This document shows positions 43,723 through 47,849 of a stretch of 47,849 nt of DNA, piece after piece. The position numbers and the translations under genes were made by a program. The stretch is from a virus (lineage: Duplodnaviria; Caudoviricetes), in the IMG/VR virus record IMGVR_UViG_3300008255_000178, positions 1-47,849 of that record; one strand, 5' to 3'. The notes beneath the pieces are model-generated. The model did not search any database, was not told where the DNA came from, and saw only the letters and a program-made list of their open reading frames with translations. Positions within the stretch are counted from its first letter, which is position 1; every line of letters begins with the position of its first letter.

Positions 43723-44645
43723 TAGAAGAGCTCCTGCACTCGATGCGTGAATTGTTCGTAGTTGTTTTGGGCGTTCATCATTGCGTTGATAACACCGAAC
43801 GCCCAGAGGTTATATGCTGCACGAGATTCATAGACGCTGCTCAGACGCTCGTATGTGAATCCCTGCTTTTCCAACATCTGCAAGACGTAGTCTTGCTCGA
43901 TGGCGGTCAGTGTGGTTGCGTGTTGCCCGGCGTCGTGCCTGGACGGCGACTTCTCCGATACGGACAGCGGGCCCCAATCCGGGGTGATAATGCTGCCGAA
44001 CGCAGCGGACTGAATCCAGGAGGACGAATCCACGCTGTACCACGGATATCGCTCCATGATAGGGATCGCGGTGATACCGAAGCCATGCACCTTCAACCGC
44101 GGGCGACCGCTGCCGTCCGTCAGGTAGCGTTCCCACATGCGGTCCAGCCAGATACAGAGCTGCTTCGTTGAGCTGCCCACCATACCGCCCAGCGTGATAT
44201 ATTCGTAGTTCTGGACGTAATATTCAAGATATCGTTCGTCCTCCCCCGCGTGGAAGCAGGGGAGGGGCTTTGCGCCAAGCTGCTCCATGTGGAGCTGGTT
44301 CTGGTACGTCTTGAGCGGGTCACCGATACCGTCCAGCACGGACGCCATGACAACACCATCCTCAACCCGCCAAAGGTCCATGTTCGCTTTGATATAATTG
44401 CAGTAGGTTGGCAGGTCAATCTCGACGCCAAGTGTGTAGGCGGAGAAGGCGCCTGAGTCGAGGAAGACTTGCGCATTATCTGCACGCATCTGATCGAGAT
44501 ACCGCTGCGAGCCGATGTAGTGATACGACTCGAGGATGTGGGGGATATTATGAACGATCTCTTTTTCGCGGTCGTTCAATTTCAGGTAGCGGTTCTGGCC
44601 TCGCATGTACGAGTTCGTATAGACCGCCGCCATAAAAATGTGCAT
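43722..44645 (-). CDS. dpdA: DNA 7-deazaguanine transglycosylase (TGT fold)
   Basis: FLDSGAFS, LDGIGD, LPCFH, LGGMV, VHGFG, SVDSSSW TGT-family motifs; sits between the preQ0 genes and the replisome genes. Confidence 0.85.
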   Translation of the reverse strand: MHIFMAAVYTNSYMRGQNRYLKLNDREKEIVHNIPHILESYHYIGSQRYLDQMRADNAQVFLDSGAFSAYTLGVEIDLPTYCNYIKANMDLWRVEDGVVMASVLDGIGDPLKTYQNQLHMEQLGAKPLPCFHAGEDERYLEYYVQNYEYITLGGMVGSSTKQLCIWLDRMWERYLTDGSGRPRLKVHGFGITAIPIMERYPWYSVDSSSWIQSAAFGSIITPDWGPLSVSEKSPSRHDAGQHATTLTAIEQDYVLQMLEKQGFTYERLSSVYESRAAYNLWAFGVINAMMNAQNNYEQFTHRVQELF

Positions 44646-44715
44646 AAGACCTCCTTTCGCATGGCTGTATTTTACCAGCGCCAGGCGGACGTAACTACTT
44701 GATTTATAAGTCTTT

Positions 44716-44765
44716 CGACGATCGACCTGTCATCAATACGGTAGCATTGAACAAGTCGATCGTCG
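44716..44765. other. Long intergenic hairpin between folE and dpdA
   Basis: CGACGATCGAC / GTCGATCGTCG arms plus inner TCAAT/ATTGA pairing. Confidence 0.7.
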
Positions 44766-44805
44766 CCTGTAGCGCCGTACAGCCCGATTGCTGTCGAACT
44801 ATGGA

Positions 44806-45708
44806 TTAGTCACAAAGTCGCAGAAACTCAGCGCGGGTTTCGGGCTCGTCCTTGATAACTCCGCGAAGAGCTGTGGTCACAGTGTGATGCCCTTGCTGGC
44901 AGATGCCCCGCGATTCCATGCACAGGTGCCGAGCCTTGATCAGCACGCCAACGCCCTTGGGCTCGAGGTGCTTGAACAGCGCGTCAGCAATCTGGTCGGT
45001 GAGTCGTTCCTGCACTTGCAAGCGGCGAGCATACATATCCGCCAGCCGGGACAGCTTGCTCAAGCCCACAATCTTGCCGTTCGGGATGTACGCGATGGAC
45101 GCAGTGCCGATGATTGCTGCGAGGTGATGCTCGCAGTGCGAGTAGATGGGAATGTCCTTGACGAGAACCATCTGGTCATAAGACTCGCCGCCGTCCTCGA
45201 ATACCTTGAGCAGCTTGGCAGGGTCTTTGCCGTATCCGCCGCACCAGTGTTTCCACGCTTTGGCCACACGAGCAGGCGTCTCCAGCAGACCTTCCCGGTT
45301 CGGGTCTTCGCTGACGAATTCCAGCAGGCGCTTGATGTGATCTTCGATGCCAACTTCAGCAGTCACTTCCCAAGGGAAGACGACCCATTGACGGTGATAC
45401 GGGCCGTCCTCACGCTTGTCGATCAGCACGAAGAAAGGCTTGCCCGGGTACTCGTCGCACAGGCGTTCGCAGGTGGCGCCGCTGCCGATCAGGTCGTCAA
45501 TGAAGATGTCGGCGTCAGCGGGGTTGCTGGTGAGCTGGAAACCGAGCAGGCCTTGCAGCAGGTAAGCGACGGGGATACCGCCCCGCGGCACAGCGTAGGC
45601 CCGCAGGGCCGCGATCGGGTTGCCGGTGCCGTGCTGGTATTGGCGGATCGCTTCGGCGGTGCGGTGTGCCAGTGCGGTGACGTCGTCGTGTGTGAGGTGA
45701 ATCTGCAT
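44806..45708 (-). CDS. folE: GTP cyclohydrolase I fused to an N-terminal phosphoribosyltransferase-like domain
   Basis: C-terminal REGLLETPARV, SHCEHHL, GLSKLSR, RRLQVQERLT, HLCMESRG; N-terminal AVPRGG, FIDDLIGSGAT, WVVFPWE. Confidence 0.93.
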   Translation of the reverse strand: MQIHLTHDDVTALAHRTAEAIRQYQHGTGNPIAALRAYAVPRGGIPVAYLLQGLLGFQLTSNPADADIFIDDLIGSGATCERLCDEYPGKPFFVLIDKREDGPYHRQWVVFPWEVTAEVGIEDHIKRLLEFVSEDPNREGLLETPARVAKAWKHWCGGYGKDPAKLLKVFEDGGESYDQMVLVKDIPIYSHCEHHLAAIIGTASIAYIPNGKIVGLSKLSRLADMYARRLQVQERLTDQIADALFKHLEPKGVGVLIKARHLCMESRGICQQGHHTVTTALRGVIKDEPETRAEFLRLCD

Positions 45709-45717
45709 GTCTGCTCC

Positions 45718-46161
45718 TTAGGCGTGGAAAGATGCGCTGCACTTGGCAGTCTCTTCGATACGGACGGACACCAGTGTCACACCAGTGTCAGCGAGTTGCT
45801 GCGGGCCGATAACTTCGACCAGATGCTGGGCCATGTTCTCCGCCGTCGGGTTGAACGGTACGAACACGACCGACGGGCCAAAGAACTCGTCCGCGTGCAT
45901 GTGAAAGCAGGCTTCTTTCATGACGGGGTCGTTATCCCAGGCCAGGAACTTGTGGTCCCAATTATTTTCGACCCACATGCACAGGCGCTCTTTGATGACG
46001 CCGAAGTCAATCACTCGCCCGACGGTATCAAGCTCCGCAGCTTCGCAGACGAAGTGGATTCGGTAGTTGTGCCCGTGCAGGTGACGGCACTTGTTCTCGT
46101 GACCGACGACGCGATGGCCGGTGCTGATATCGTGGTAGCGTTCCGCGGTGATGCGTTTCAT
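45718..46161 (-). CDS. queD: 6-carboxy-5,6,7,8-tetrahydropterin synthase
   Basis: GHR...CRHLHGHNY, VIDFG, WDH, NPTAENMA, IEET. Confidence 0.93.
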   Translation of the reverse strand: MKRITAERYHDISTGHRVVGHENKCRHLHGHNYRIHFVCEAAELDTVGRVIDFGVIKERLCMWVENNWDHKFLAWDNDPVMKEACFHMHADEFFGPSVVFVPFNPTAENMAQHLVEVIGPQQLADTGVTLVSVRIEETAKCSASFHA

Positions 46162-47534
46162 TGTTCGTCCTTATAAGAAATGACTTCGGGGATGTTGTTG
46201 ATCTCGAATGCCTTGCGTCGCATGTAGCAGGGTCCGCACGTTCCGCAATGCAACTCACCGGCGCGGTAGCAGCTCCAGGTCAGGTGCATAGGGGCACCAA
46301 TGCGGTTCCCAAGTTCGACAATCTCATGCTTCATAAGGTTGCCAACAGGCATGATAACACGCATCCGCTTTCCGTCACCAACAGCGAACGGGAGCATGTC
46401 ATTGAAGCGGGAAATGAACTCCGGTTCGTTGTCAGGGTAGGCGCCAGCTTCTTCGAGGTTGTTCCCGAGAACGATGGTGTCAATCCCTCGTGCTTCAGCG
46501 AATGCAGTCGCGACGGACAGGAGCAGCAAGTTCCGGGCAGGAACCCATTCATGAGCGAACTCTGCGCCAGCTTCACCGCCCGCCACCTTACTGTCAGGAT
46601 CGAGCAGCGGGGAATCACCCTTCGAATAGACGGGCAAGTTGAACAGCGTAAGCTCTGCGCCCAGGAACTCCGCGACCGCCTGAATTGCTTTGACCTCCGG
46701 ACCCTCAGCGCGACTCCCGTACAGGAAATGAATCAGATGAACGTCCATACCGAGCTCGCGTTGCGTATAGGTTGCGCTGACCACACTGTCCAGGCCGCCA
46801 CTACACACGACCAACGCCCGCTCACCTTGTACGGTGCCGGAGTACAAGCTCACTTCCTTGCTCAGGCCTTGTGCGTCGAATAACGCGGCGCTGTAAGGCT
46901 TCAACATGCGTGACGGATACTCCTGAGGCAGGTAGTCGCGGGAGCTTGCGAAGAACACCCCGTAAGGAGTTTCGATGTACCAGACCGGACGATAATTCGC
47001 AGCGACGAACAGTTTGTCAGTGTGGTCAGTATGGGTTGCCAGGATTGCGTAGCTGCCCCGGAGCTTTCGAATCACAGTGACGAATTCGTCAAACGTGCCA
47101 TTCGCGCTTGCAAGCTGCTCCGCAATTGCTGCACTGTCGATACTGGTGGGCAGATCGTTGGTGCGGAGCTCCTTGTCGTTTGCGATGGTGCCGTTATGAA
47201 CGATAGACCATTTGTCGGAGGTGTAGGGCTGCTGATCGGACAGACGTTTCTCACGCACGAACTCCGTCGTCGGTTCAGCCCGAAGGTTGCCCACAACAGT
47301 CGCCGAGCGGCAGATCTTGTGCAACGCGGGAGCACACACTGCGCGACCGTTGCTCCGAGTCACTTCACGGTATCCCTGCAAACCCCATTCGCCGCTGGAG
47401 TTGATAACGAACCCGCGACCGTCCCGCCCACGCTCATGGCTGGTCTGCCAGACGTGCTCAAGGATATCATTCACAGCTTCGATCTTTTGGTGCGTATCAA
47501 TGCGCCGCACCAGTGCGCCAACTATTGAGCACAT
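46158..47534 (-). CDS. queC: Gat-QueC: class II glutamine amidotransferase fused to 7-cyano-7-deazaguanine synthase
   Basis: MCSIVG (N-terminal nucleophile Cys), RGRDG, HNGTIAN, DS; SGGLDS, VPARN, YPD, TWSCY...CGTCGPC. Confidence 0.93.
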   Translation of the reverse strand: MCSIVGALVRRIDTHQKIEAVNDILEHVWQTSHERGRDGRGFVINSSGEWGLQGYREVTRSNGRAVCAPALHKICRSATVVGNLRAEPTTEFVREKRLSDQQPYTSDKWSIVHNGTIANDKELRTNDLPTSIDSAAIAEQLASANGTFDEFVTVIRKLRGSYAILATHTDHTDKLFVAANYRPVWYIETPYGVFFASSRDYLPQEYPSRMLKPYSAALFDAQGLSKEVSLYSGTVQGERALVVCSGGLDSVVSATYTQRELGMDVHLIHFLYGSRAEGPEVKAIQAVAEFLGAELTLFNLPVYSKGDSPLLDPDSKVAGGEAGAEFAHEWVPARNLLLLSVATAFAEARGIDTIVLGNNLEEAGAYPDNEPEFISRFNDMLPFAVGDGKRMRVIMPVGNLMKHEIVELGNRIGAPMHLTWSCYRAGELHCGTCGPCYMRRKAFEINNIPEVISYKDEQ

Positions 47535-47536
47535 AC

Positions 47537-47849
47537 TCACTCCACGTTGATTATCTTATGGACTTGCAACTGCAAGGCGTATCCGTGTTTCATAACCGAA
47601 TCGACGCACGCTTTAAGGTTGGCGGCGTTCGTCTGGTTATCCTTGTCGTCGCAGGGTTGCAGGTAGATGACCCCGTTGAATCCGTCATGAGGTCGAGCCA
47701 CTCGAGGGGACGCACTGTGGTCAAGCGCCAGCAGCGGGAGCCCATCAGTATCAACGCTGTCGTGAGCCATCACATACTTGTAGGCACACACGATGGCGGC
47801 GGTGACGGAATTAACCTTTCCCGCCTTTGGGCTGCACACGACAAAGCAA
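47537..47849 (-). CDS. queE: QueE, 3' part (continuation of 1..530)
   Basis: VVCSPK...YLQP...LQLQVHK QueE C-terminal motifs. Confidence 0.93.
   Translation of the reverse strand, partial: CFVVCSPKAGKVNSVTAAIVCAYKYVMAHDSVDTDGLPLLALDHSASPRVARPHDGFNGVIYLQPCDDKDNQTNAANLKACVDSVMKHGYALQLQVHKIINVE
47727..47849. repeat. Terminal 123-bp direct repeat (copy of 1-123)
   Basis: Exact match to the window start. Confidence 0.95.

Noticed and set aside
43722-44645. tRNA-guanine transglycosylase acting on tRNA (queuosine auxiliary metabolism)
   Set aside because: No C-terminal zinc motif of bacterial Tgt, no queF/queA/queG, no tRNA genes noticed, and the gene is coupled to clamp and polymerase, which fits DNA-targeting DpdA
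44788-46176. 462-aa plus-strand ORF opposite folE/queD
   Set aside because: Antisense shadow of well-supported genes; no recognisable motifs

Overview
This is a complete or nearly complete, circularly assembled genome (about 47,726 bp plus a 123-bp end overlap) of an apparently lytic tailed phage with a contractile tail. The host is probably a proteobacterium (inferred from composition, sigma70-type promoters and an SSB-type DFDDDIPF tail). Two divergent arms start at an AT-rich gap at about 14.2-14.7 kb. The plus arm (14.7-38.3 kb) carries small accessory genes (DenV, SleB-like hydrolase, resolvase), then terminase, portal, head, sheath/tube, tape measure, baseplate, fibre and lysis genes. 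The minus arm runs from 14.2 kb to 1 and across the junction from 47.8 to 38.3 kb. It carries a primase-polymerase/helicase, MazG, ThyX, HNH, ligase, Sak4-like ATPase, SSB, dCMP deaminase, Cas4-like nuclease and RadD-like helicase. It also carries a full 7-deazaguanine DNA-modification cluster (queE, gat-queC, queD, folE, dpdA; predicted product dG+, deoxyarchaeosine), a sliding clamp and a family B polymerase. The most unusual signals are: (1) FolE fused to a minimal Gpt-like phosphoribosyltransferase domain that lacks the N7-contacting Asp; (2) a RadD-like helicase ending in an exact bacterial SSB C-terminal tip; (3) three or four dispersed paralogues sharing an unnamed C-terminal helical domain, three directly behind their own promoter; (4) a hairpin that buries the small-terminase RBS and has a -10 box in its 5' arm, plus two candidate leaderless structural genes. 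All calls come from motif recognition by eye; no searches were run.
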